Of a stretch of DNA of 49,385 bases, positions 10,375 to 18,364 are shown in pieces. Positions within the stretch are counted from its first letter, which is position 1. Every line of letters begins with the position of its first letter. A program made the translations under genes and the position numbers. A model generated the notes under the pieces. The model was not told where the DNA came from. It searched no databases and was given only the letters and a program-made list of their open reading frames with translations. Source of the DNA: Phormidesmis sp. (GTDB lineage Bacteria; Cyanobacteriota; Cyanobacteriia; Leptolyngbyales; Leptolyngbyaceae); the NCBI GenBank assembly GCA_965248535.1, contig CBDFJR010000001.1:1-49385 (forward strand), in the 5' to 3' direction.

Positions 10375-10528
10375 GAATTGTGGATTCAATCACGCTAAAT
10401 TCCATAGAATGGGGGGCTTTGAGCCAAGACTCTAGGTTCAAAGTCCCCCACTCGTGGGGGATTTAGGGGACAAATGTCTCAGCGATGACCAATCAGAGGA
10501 CTTTTACAAGTTATTCAATCCACAATTC
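10375..10528. repeat. MITE-like dispersed repeat (154 bp) with terminal inverted repeats
   Basis: Perfect 12-bp TIR GAATTGTGGATT / AATCCACAATTC (15 of 16 when extended). Internal core AAAGTCCCCCA-N4-TGGGGGATTTAGGGG also occurs near 18160. Confidence 0.7.
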
Positions 10529-10538
10529 TTAAAGATGC

Positions 10539-11855
10539 TCAGGTGGCTTTGTATTTGCCACCCTTAGCTGGGTCAGACCAATCGCAGGCAAAGCCTTTGG
10601 TGTCGGTCACAAACTGGTTCCAGGGCAAGGGCTTCAACGCTTCTTTGGTTTCATAGACAATCTTAAACAGACCGTCCTCGGCGACCTGACCAATGCGTAC
10701 GAATTTAGACAGGTGATGGTTTGTGTTCATCGTCACGATGCCTTCAGGGGCATCAAAGGTCTGCCCATAAGCTGCCGCTTTTACCTTGTCGAGATCATCT
10801 GCTGTTTTAGCTTTCTCGACGGATTGTTTCCACAAATAGACCATGATGTAGGCCGCTTCCATGGGGTCATTAACGACGCGATCGGCTCCATATTTGGCCT
10901 TAAACGCTGCCACAAACTTCTTGCTCGCGGGCGTGTTCACGGTTTGGAAGTAGTTCCAAGCGGCGTAGTGACCCTTGAGATATTCCAGCCCGATCGCTTT
11001 GACTTCTTCTTCGGCGATGCTGACGGACATGGAGGGATATTTGTCAGGGCCCATGCCAGAGGCTTGCAGTTCTTTAAAGAAAGCAACGTTGCTGTCCCCG
11101 TTCAAACTGTTGTAGATCACGCCCCCGTTGGGCAGCGCTTGTTTGATTTTGGCGATTACCGATTTGACTTCGGTGTTGCCTAGGGGAATGTAGTCTTCAC
11201 CGACTGTTTTGCCGCCTTTGGCTTCGAGTTGGGCTTTGATGATGGTGTTTGCCGTGCGCGGAAACACATAGTCTGAGCCAACGAGGAAGAATTCTTTGCC
11301 TTTGTTGTCGAGCAACCACTGCACCGACGGCTCGATTTGCTGGTTGGGCGCTGCTCCAGTGTAGAAGACGTTGTTAGAACACTCTTGCCCTTCATACTGC
11401 AAGGGATACCAGAGCAGGTGCTTTTTAGCTTCAAACACGGGCAACACCGCTTTACGGCTGGCCGAAGTCCAGCAGCCAAAGACGGTGGCGACTTTATCTT
11501 GATCGATCAGTTTCTTGGCTTTTTCAGCAAAGGTGGGACCGTCAGAGTTGCCATCTTCGACGATCGCTTCGATCTGTTTGCCTAACACACCGCCCGCTTT
11601 GTTAATTTCTTCGATCGCCAGTTGCTCGGCATCCACCACGCTCTTTTCAGAGATGGCCATGGTGCCACTCAGCGAGTGCAAAATGCCGACTTTGATGGCG
11701 TTGCCCGCAGCAGCGGTGGTCGCACTAGTCGCTGCCGGAGATGCCGAACTGCCCGCGATCGGAGGGGCAGACGGGGCACAGGCTTTGAGCAAAATAGAGC
11801 CTGTTGCAGCCGAGCCAAAAATCAGGAATTCACGCCGACGAAATCGCTTTGTCAT
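10539..11855 (-). CDS. urtA: Urea ABC transporter substrate-binding lipoprotein UrtA
   Basis: Twin-arginine lipoprotein signal (RRREFL...LKAC), GILHSLSGTMAISE, FGCWTSASRK, QYEGQE. Confidence 0.95.
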   Translation of the reverse strand: MTKRFRRREFLIFGSAATGSILLKACAPSAPPIAGSSASPAATSATTAAAGNAIKVGILHSLSGTMAISEKSVVDAEQLAIEEINKAGGVLGKQIEAIVEDGNSDGPTFAEKAKKLIDQDKVATVFGCWTSASRKAVLPVFEAKKHLLWYPLQYEGQECSNNVFYTGAAPNQQIEPSVQWLLDNKGKEFFLVGSDYVFPRTANTIIKAQLEAKGGKTVGEDYIPLGNTEVKSVIAKIKQALPNGGVIYNSLNGDSNVAFFKELQASGMGPDKYPSMSVSIAEEEVKAIGLEYLKGHYAAWNYFQTVNTPASKKFVAAFKAKYGADRVVNDPMEAAYIMVYLWKQSVEKAKTADDLDKVKAAAYGQTFDAPEGIVTMNTNHHLSKFVRIGQVAEDGLFKIVYETKEALKPLPWNQFVTDTKGFACDWSDPAKGGKYKAT

Positions 11856-12061
11856 AATAAACCGTTACTCCCCACGAGCTATCGAACCAATTGTGCTAAA
11901 CCAACTCTAAAATCAACCTGAGCCAATCGTTGAGACTGTTGTAGTCCTCTAAAAGTCTCCTTAAAGAATGGGGTTTTTAGTTCGCCTTGTTTCCCTAATA
12001 TCTAGGGTTTAGACAACCGACCTGACCCATTTAGGAATTAATTTTCAGTCACAACGTTGTG

Positions 12062-12105
12062 ATATTAGAACTTGGCTTTGCGGGGTAATTGTATAGTAAA
12101 TTACA
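12062..12105 (-). promoter_or_regulatory. NtcA-activated promoter of urtA
   Basis: TGTA-N8-TACA (TGTATAGTAAATTACA, 12090-12105), followed on the minus strand after 23 nt by a TAATAT -10 box (12067-12062). Confidence 0.85.
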
Positions 12106-12114
12106 AAATTTTGA

Positions 12115-12738
12115 CTAAGTTGTTACGTTTGTTTCCACGTTTAGTCCAGTGCGGGATTCGATAAAGTCTACGATCGCCCCTAAACCCGCCTGAACTTTAA
12201 GATTGGTAAACACAAATGGCTTATCGCCGCGCATGGTTCGAGCATCGCGCTCCATCACCCCCAAATCTGCGCCCACATAGGGTGCAAGGTCAGTTTTATT
12301 AATCACTAGTAAGTCAGATTTTGTGATCCCCGGCCCGCCTTTGCGAGGAATTTTGTCGCCCCCGGCCACATCAATCACATAGATATTCAGGTCAACCAAT
12401 TCGGGGCTAAAGGTCGCGGCTAAATTGTCGCCGCCACTTTCGACAAAAATCAGATTTAAGGTGAGAAAGCGAGTTTCGAGGGCTTCGATCGCTGCCAAAT
12501 TCATTGAGGCATCTTCACGAATCGCCGTATGGGGGCAGCCTCCCGTCTCGACACCGAGGATACGATCGCGCTCTAGCGCCTGACTTCGCACTAAAAACTG
12601 GGCATCTTCTTGGGTATAAATATCGTTGGTCACCACCGCGATGTCAAACCTCTGCCGCATCGACTTGCAGAGGGCATCGACCAGTGCAGTTTTGCCTGAC
12701 CCAACGGGGCCCGCGATTCCGACTCGGAAGGCATTCAT
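12115..12738 (-). CDS. ureG: Urease accessory GTPase UreG
   Basis: [35 protein letters not shown] motifs. Confidence 0.96.
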   Translation of the reverse strand: MNAFRVGIAGPVGSGKTALVDALCKSMRQRFDIAVVTNDIYTQEDAQFLVRSQALERDRILGVETGGCPHTAIREDASMNLAAIEALETRFLTLNLIFVESGGDNLAATFSPELVDLNIYVIDVAGGDKIPRKGGPGITKSDLLVINKTDLAPYVGADLGVMERDARTMRGDKPFVFTNLKVQAGLGAIVDFIESRTGLNVETNVTT

Positions 12739-12884
12739 AAAAGGTTGGCTCTTTGTTAACGTTCATCAGCTTGATTAGATTGTGAGGCTGTACAAAGACT
12801 TTTGCACATTACCAAGACCTCCCAACAGTTGGCTCCAGCCGGGTTGTTAGATGGCGTTTTCCATGGAGTAATTTCCTGGATCTT

Positions 12885-13024
12885 TCAAGGCAGTATCTCA
12901 AAGTAATCACAATGCTTTGGACGGACAAGAGAAAAATCGCGCCTATCACAGCCTCTACAAAGTCGAGTTGACTATCAGCGTACTGCTCTAAGATCTGGTT
13001 AACTCTTTCTAAATCTATCGTGAC
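12885..13024 (-). pseudogene. C-terminal relic of a PIN-domain (VapC-like) toxin
   Basis: Manual translation gives VTIDLERVNQILEQYADSQLDFVEAV, then in a shifted frame DRRDFSLVRPKHCDYFEILP*. Both resemble the C-terminus of cyanobacterial PIN proteins. No start codon or N-terminal half is visible. Confidence 0.7.
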
Positions 13025-13660
13025 TCAACCCCTCCATTACCTCAGATAGGCGAACACAACTCACATACTTGGGTTCTGCCAGTAAAAACAAGATGTAGAG
13101 TGAGCAAGTACACCTAGCTGTTGAGGGCTTAGAGCGTTCTTTCACGGCTGATTTCTGTGGGCTACAAAACTATTCTAGATTCACCATATTCTTCTCCCCC
13201 TGTCAATGCGTAAGTCCTAAAAGCGATCGCTCATTGAGAAGACCAAGAAGCATTTTACGCTTATCTAGACAAGCTTCATGCAAAAGGTAATTGGATTGAG
13301 ATGCCCGCACTTGCGTCAGAGCAGGAGTTAGAGAATTATCCTGAATTTAATAGAGCATATTCGTGAAAGCTCCGACAGACGAAATAATGTAGCTTAAAGC
13401 TCTTTTGAGATCGCTTCACAGTCAACGCAGCTTCTGCTCCATCAATCTCTGATTCTGTGGAACTTTGAACCGAAAGTTTTGGCTTGAAGTTCTCTAAAGA
13501 CTGGAAAATTTAGCAATAATCTCTTCAACTCTGCCAGAAATCGCATTAGATTTAGTCAAGAATTATCAAGGGATGCAAAACATTTTGAAGACGGGTGTTT
13601 GCCAGAATACAAAGTGCTAGGGTAAATGTAACACCCAAACCTTTCAGGGGAGTCGCTTTT

Positions 13661-14305
13661 ATGAAGCTTGTCATTCATGGCAAAAACATCGAGATTACTG
13701 ATGCGATTCGTGAGTATGTCGATCAAAAAATTGAGAAGGCGGTCAGCCATTTTCAGACTCTCACGACCCAGGTAGATGTGCATTTGTCGGTCGCTCGCAA
13801 CCCTCGAATCACACCTCAGCAAGTCGCTGAAGTCACGATTTATGCTAACGGGGCAGTTGTGCGCGCCGAGGAGGGCAGTGAAAGCCTCTATGCTAGCATC
13901 GACCTGGTGGCCGATAAGATTGCTCGACAGCTCCGCAAATATAAAGAGAAACGCTTTGACAAACGCCACGAAACCCTCAAGAGTGAGGAGAGTCTCAGCG
14001 ATCAACCTGTAGCAACGTTGGATCTCGATCGCACCCCTGAGCTTCCTGCTACAGTAGTGCGAACTAAATATTTTGCGATGCCCCCCATGACGGTCGAAGA
14101 GGCGATGGAGCGCCTAGAACTTGTTGACCACGATTTCTATATGTTTCGCAACGTCGAGACGGGTGAAATCAATGTGATTTACGATCGCAACCACGGTGGC
14201 TATGGGGTCATTCAGCCTCGCAGCAATAATGGCCATACTCACCACACTGATAAAAATGGCAAAGCCCATTCCTTGGGTTCTGAGCGGGAAAACTTTAGGG
14301 TTTAG
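13661..14305 (+). CDS. hpf: Ribosome hibernation promoting factor (long HPF / LrtA)
   Basis: [42 protein letters not shown], and C-terminal [17 protein letters not shown]...HDFYMFRN domain. Confidence 0.95.
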   Translation: MKLVIHGKNIEITDAIREYVDQKIEKAVSHFQTLTTQVDVHLSVARNPRITPQQVAEVTIYANGAVVRAEEGSESLYASIDLVADKIARQLRKYKEKRFDKRHETLKSEESLSDQPVATLDLDRTPELPATVVRTKYFAMPPMTVEEAMERLELVDHDFYMFRNVETGEINVIYDRNHGGYGVIQPRSNNGHTHHTDKNGKAHSLGSERENFRV

Positions 14306-14312
14306 TTGATTT

Positions 14313-14342
14313 GATGGGGGCGAATCAATTGTTGCCCCCATT
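14313..14342 (+). terminator. Hairpin after hpf
   Basis: ATGGGGGC...GCCCCCAT stem followed by TATTTTT. Confidence 0.6.
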
Positions 14343-14640
14343 ATTTTTGATAGAGAAATCAAGCGTAGGCTGCTACGATCGCCACCGTTTACAGACAGCT
14401 TTCTCAGAAAACTATCGAGAGGCTAATTGTCCGATGTCTACTTGTCTTTATTCCTAATTCCTAAATCAGTGGAATTTGTCCCAAGTCAACCTGTGGGCAT
14501 GGTGCGGATAGGGGACAGAAGGGCAGTGCCCATTGCTACCGCAAACACTGATGGCGTTTAATCTGCTGCTCCTAACTGATGGCAGGGCGTTCTTAACTGG
14601 CGTTAAACGACGGATCATCCTCCACTGCTTCATTTAATAA

Positions 14641-14676
14641 TAAAAAACCGACAGTCTTCATAAGAAATCTGTCGGT
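14641..14676 (-). terminator. Rho-independent terminator
   Basis: ACCGACAG (14647-14654) / CTGTCGGT (14669-14676) stem with a T-run on the minus strand. Confidence 0.7.
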
Positions 14677-14719
14677 CAGTCGTGTGTTCCCTGTTGATGA
14701 CTCGGCTAAAGTTGAGTCC
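14641..14719 (-). ncRNA. Candidate ~80-nt small RNA
   Basis: Minus strand: CATACT -10 (14730-14725), 5' hairpin GACTC...GAGTC, single-stranded ATCAACAGGGAACACACGACTG, then terminator ACCGACAG...CTGTCGGT-TTTTT. Two CRP-like sites lie upstream. Confidence 0.4.
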
Positions 14720-14876
14720 TGTACAGTATGTCTGTCAGATAACTCACCTTTAGCGATCGTGATCACATAATAAGATGATCGCTGTCACAAGTCGAGGTTA
14801 AAAGTTACCAAATCCTTACGGAGGTTGGGCATCTATTTGAGCGTCGGCAAGGCGATGGGCGATCGCGCCTCCGCTT

Positions 14877-16487
14877 CTATCCGGCTGTTGGTGGGCTAAA
14901 CGGCACCACCTGATTGATCCAGCCAAGAATTTGCAACCCTTTAACCGTCAGGGTTTTGCCATCGAACTGAGAGCCGTAGGCGGCTCCTGCTTGATCAGTT
15001 CCATATTTGCCACTGAGCGCGAAGGGCCCAAAGGCAACGGTGCCGCCTGTGCCTGCGGCGGCGAGTTCTGCGATCGTGCGATCGCGCTTGCTCCAGGTGC
15101 CGCTAATTTGCAGATCTCGAACCGCGATAAAAGCGGTCGGCAAGAGCGGAAAAGAACCCGGATTGCTATCCACTCGACCCGTCGAAAAACTGCCTGCGGG
15201 CTGTCCGGTGAAATGCCAGCCCTGAAGCTTGAGCACTGATAGCATCAACCACGGACGACGAATCGCTACGCGACAGAACCGAAAGGAAATCTGCAAATCG
15301 CTGGTCTCTTGGTCGATCGGCAGATCGCGAAACTTGTAGTAGCGACGCAGCGCATCATAGTTAAGGGAATCTTTGTGCACAGGCCCTCGCGGCAGCGTTG
15401 CGATCGGCACTCGCTGAACCGGAATCGAAGTTCTCTCAAACTTGGAATCAAGCTTGGCGATCGACGGTAGATTGCCTTTATCGAGCTTAGACTGGATCAC
15501 TCCCCGATCGCCCAATCGCTCTAGCAATGGCGGCACTCGGTCGATCGTCGGCTTTGATTTGACTCCTTCAAGATCGATTTTGGGCTGCTGCTGGATCTGA
15601 TTCCAAGCTGATTGAACCGTTGCTTCAAGCTGAGGTCGAACGGCTTCCCACTGCTGCTGCTGAACCGGATCGGACAAGTCGTATTGAAACCGATTCACAT
15701 TCAGATTTGCGACTGCATTTTCATAGTCATCTTGAACGGTTTGATAAACTAGCTGCTCTTTTGAATAAGTCGGCAATTGATCAACCGCCGCCCGATCGAG
15801 CGATTTGCTTTGGGAGACTAGGCGCGATCGTAGCCCCGGATCGGCAGGCATCGTCTTTTTGAGCCGCGTCACCACCGCAGAATCGGGCGTTGAAGCCTCT
15901 TGATTGGGCACTTTCCACAGGCCATCTTTGACCCGCTCTAACCCGCCCGTTTTCACAAAGGGAGAATCCTGCACTGTTCTAGTTTGGGTTGATCGAATCG
16001 TGACGCTAGACCACGATCGAGAAGCCGCCTCGTCGTGCCAATTTGCAGGCGTTGCATAACTTGGTCGATAGAACAAACCCGGATTCAGCAAACTGCCCAA
16101 TTTGGCAAATTCAAAGGTTTTTTGAGCTTCAAAAAAAGCAGACCCTACAGGATTGGCTCCTTCTGTCGCATCTGGTGTAGACAGCATCAGCAGCTTATAC
16201 ATTTCTTCGACGGTCACACCTGAATCGGCATAGGTCGCCGAGAGCACAGGCACCGGATTCACCAGAGCAGCAAATAGCTCATTGGCTAGCTGAGAACCCG
16301 TCAAATTTTCTGGAGTCCACGGGTTTTGAAACGCGGTTGGATCTAGCTGCTGACCCGACCACTCTAGCGTTAAAAACGTGTTGCTAGATTGGCTAATGGG
16401 CGGTAATCCCGGTAGGGGTGGCTGCGTATAGGCAGCAAAAATAGTGTCATAAATCGTGCGAATCATCGCGGCTTGATCGATCGGCAT
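14877..16487 (-). CDS. Uncharacterised protein, paralog A of a three-gene family (putative pore-forming-like fold)
   Basis: Start placed at ATG 16487 after an AGGAGA RBS. Shares NPWTP, P.NW.D, RRPWL...L.GW, FPLLPTAFIAVR and GLQILGWIN..P..PP motifs with the ORFs at 16734 and 18365. Confidence 0.8.
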   Translation of the reverse strand: MPIDQAAMIRTIYDTIFAAYTQPPLPGLPPISQSSNTFLTLEWSGQQLDPTAFQNPWTPENLTGSQLANELFAALVNPVPVLSATYADSGVTVEEMYKLLMLSTPDATEGANPVGSAFFEAQKTFEFAKLGSLLNPGLFYRPSYATPANWHDEAASRSWSSVTIRSTQTRTVQDSPFVKTGGLERVKDGLWKVPNQEASTPDSAVVTRLKKTMPADPGLRSRLVSQSKSLDRAAVDQLPTYSKEQLVYQTVQDDYENAVANLNVNRFQYDLSDPVQQQQWEAVRPQLEATVQSAWNQIQQQPKIDLEGVKSKPTIDRVPPLLERLGDRGVIQSKLDKGNLPSIAKLDSKFERTSIPVQRVPIATLPRGPVHKDSLNYDALRRYYKFRDLPIDQETSDLQISFRFCRVAIRRPWLMLSVLKLQGWHFTGQPAGSFSTGRVDSNPGSFPLLPTAFIAVRDLQISGTWSKRDRTIAELAAAGTGGTVAFGPFALSGKYGTDQAGAAYGSQFDGKTLTVKGLQILGWINQVVPFSPPTAG

Positions 16488-16546
16488 CGCAGCATCTCCT
16501 ATAGATCTATTGAATTGTCTATTCAATCCATAATCTCTAGCGTGAT

Positions 16547-16668
16547 CAATGGCAGTACCTAAATGGGTGATTTTAGTATTTCCTAGCGTTATTAATCTCT
16601 GAATCCCGCATTCTTAAAAGCATTTCTAAATCCACGATCGCAGATAGCCCACGCGGGTACTGCCATTG
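16547..16668. promoter_or_regulatory. 13-bp perfect inverted repeat in the divergent intergenic region
   Basis: CAATGGCAGTACC (16547-16559) and GGTACTGCCATTG (16656-16668). Each divergent gene is preceded on its own strand by CCCA-N4-GGTACTGCCATTG. Confidence 0.7.
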
Positions 16669-16733
16669 TGCTCAGTTTGGCTGAAGCTGAGTGCAGACCA
16701 AAGATACTTCTTCCCTATTTGGAGTAACCTCAG

Positions 16734-18113
16734 ATGGATAATAAGCAAGCTCAAGACTTAGTTCAATCTATTCACGATTCCATTTTTAGTGCGCTAACCG
16801 AAGCGCCCGCCGGACAAAAGCCTGTCCTTGCCAAAGAAAAAACGGTTTTGATTTTAGAGAAGCCCGGTCGCACGCTCAACGAAAGCGACTATCGCAATCC
16901 TTGGTCTCCGGGCAACCTCGAAGGCAGCACCCAAGCTACGATCAATCTGGGAGATCTAGGGGACGAAGCGCCATTTTTACCCCAAAATTCTGGTGGGGTT
17001 TATCGAGCCAGTGGGTCTCGTCTGTCTGACTTCTATCGTCAGGTCATGAGCGCCAACATCAATCCTCAACCCGCCAATCCTGCGTCTGAGAAAGCTTATG
17101 CAGAAGCCTATGCGGTGCTCATGACCAAGGGTAAAGACGATGAAGGTCAAGAGACCGTCAAGCCGTCTCAACTTTCTCGCGATTATGATAACAATTTCAT
17201 TGCCTATAACATTGCGCGGGCAACCTATCTCACCGCCTATGGCGAAGCGATGAAAACGCCCGAAGGCAAAGCCAAGTGGCCCTTGATGGCTTCTGCTTTG
17301 CAAGCCCCGGTGGATGTTGCCTTTACAACTTGGCGCGGTGGTGAAGCAACCAAGGTTGAAGATGCCCGATCGAAGATTGAATTTCACTCTCGAAACCAAG
17401 TTGGGCGCGCTTTCTCGGATGCCTTCAAAACCTTCGACACCTTCAAACGCGAAGCAGAATCGATCGAGCCGGGCAACACGACCCTGCGCTGCCGCGCTAT
17501 GCCAAGCAACTGGGCAGATCCGGCTGCTGCTCAGTCTTGGGCAACAGTTTCGACTTCTACTAAGAACTTGGTGATCAAGTCAGATTCTGAGTTCAAGCAA
17601 TATGGCGGCAACGCGGCGTTTAGTTTGGGGCTGTTCTCGATCGGGGGCAGCGCCGGACATTCCGACTCTCGCCAACACTTTGGCGTAGAAGCCAGCGACC
17701 TCTCGGTTTCGTTCCAATATGCCACGGTCTATCTGCAACGGTTGTGGATGAACCAGTTGATTCTAAGCTTGCCCGGCTGGGACTTAGGAGCCATTCTCCC
17801 CGGCTTTTTCTCCAACGGCAACCGGACTGCTAACCCTGGAACCATTCCCTTGATTCCCCAAGGCTTTATCGTCACTCGCAATGTGTTCATCAAAGCGAAC
17901 TGGAGCAAAACCGACAAAGAGATCATCAAAAAAGCAACCAGCGGCGGCGGCGGCTTTAGCTTTGGCCCCTTCTCGTTTGGGGCATCAGGAGGCAGCAGTT
18001 CTTCGTCTTCGACCTCAAAATTTGATGAAGCTCATGGCGTGATCACGATTCCGGGGCTGCAAATTGTTGGTTGGCTCAACTCGGTGACTCCTGCTTGCCC
18101 ACCGAGCCACTAA
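16734..18113 (+). CDS. Uncharacterised protein, paralog B (retains two Gly/Ser-rich hydrophobic-tipped segments)
   Basis: 459-aa ORF with a GGAG RBS. Motifs NPWSP, MPSNWAD, QRLWM, IPLIPQGFIVTR, GLQIVGWLN; segments YGGNAAFSLGLFSIGGSAG and SGGGGFSFGPFSFGASGG. Confidence 0.85.
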   Translation: MDNKQAQDLVQSIHDSIFSALTEAPAGQKPVLAKEKTVLILEKPGRTLNESDYRNPWSPGNLEGSTQATINLGDLGDEAPFLPQNSGGVYRASGSRLSDFYRQVMSANINPQPANPASEKAYAEAYAVLMTKGKDDEGQETVKPSQLSRDYDNNFIAYNIARATYLTAYGEAMKTPEGKAKWPLMASALQAPVDVAFTTWRGGEATKVEDARSKIEFHSRNQVGRAFSDAFKTFDTFKREAESIEPGNTTLRCRAMPSNWADPAAAQSWATVSTSTKNLVIKSDSEFKQYGGNAAFSLGLFSIGGSAGHSDSRQHFGVEASDLSVSFQYATVYLQRLWMNQLILSLPGWDLGAILPGFFSNGNRTANPGTIPLIPQGFIVTRNVFIKANWSKTDKEIIKKATSGGGGFSFGPFSFGASGGSSSSSSTSKFDEAHGVITIPGLQIVGWLNSVTPACPPSH

Positions 18114-18225
18114 TACCCAATTGAAAATAGACTGCAACAGACAATTAGTGAAACCCCCTCAAAGTCCCCCATTTTGGGGGATTTAGGGGGCGAGAATCTG
18201 TCGCATTCACAAATTGATTTGGTAT
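18113..18225. repeat. MITE-like dispersed repeat (113 bp)
   Basis: Both ends read ATACC-N15-TGC(A/G)ACAGA inward; core AAAGTCCCCCATTTTGGGGGATTTAGGGGG is shared with the repeat at 10375-10528. Confidence 0.65.
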
Positions 18226-18364
18226 GAGACATTTTGTGGGCTAAAACTCTCCGACCTCTCGTAGAAGTCGGACTCAGAGGATGTCTAGAACAGTCAATTA
18301 GGTTAATAGAACTGTGAAGGCTTTCTAGACATTCCCTCACTAGACAGAAACGGGAGATAAACCG

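Noticed and set aside
13556..14005. 149-aa minus-strand ORF
   Set aside because: Antisense to hpf with no independent motifs.
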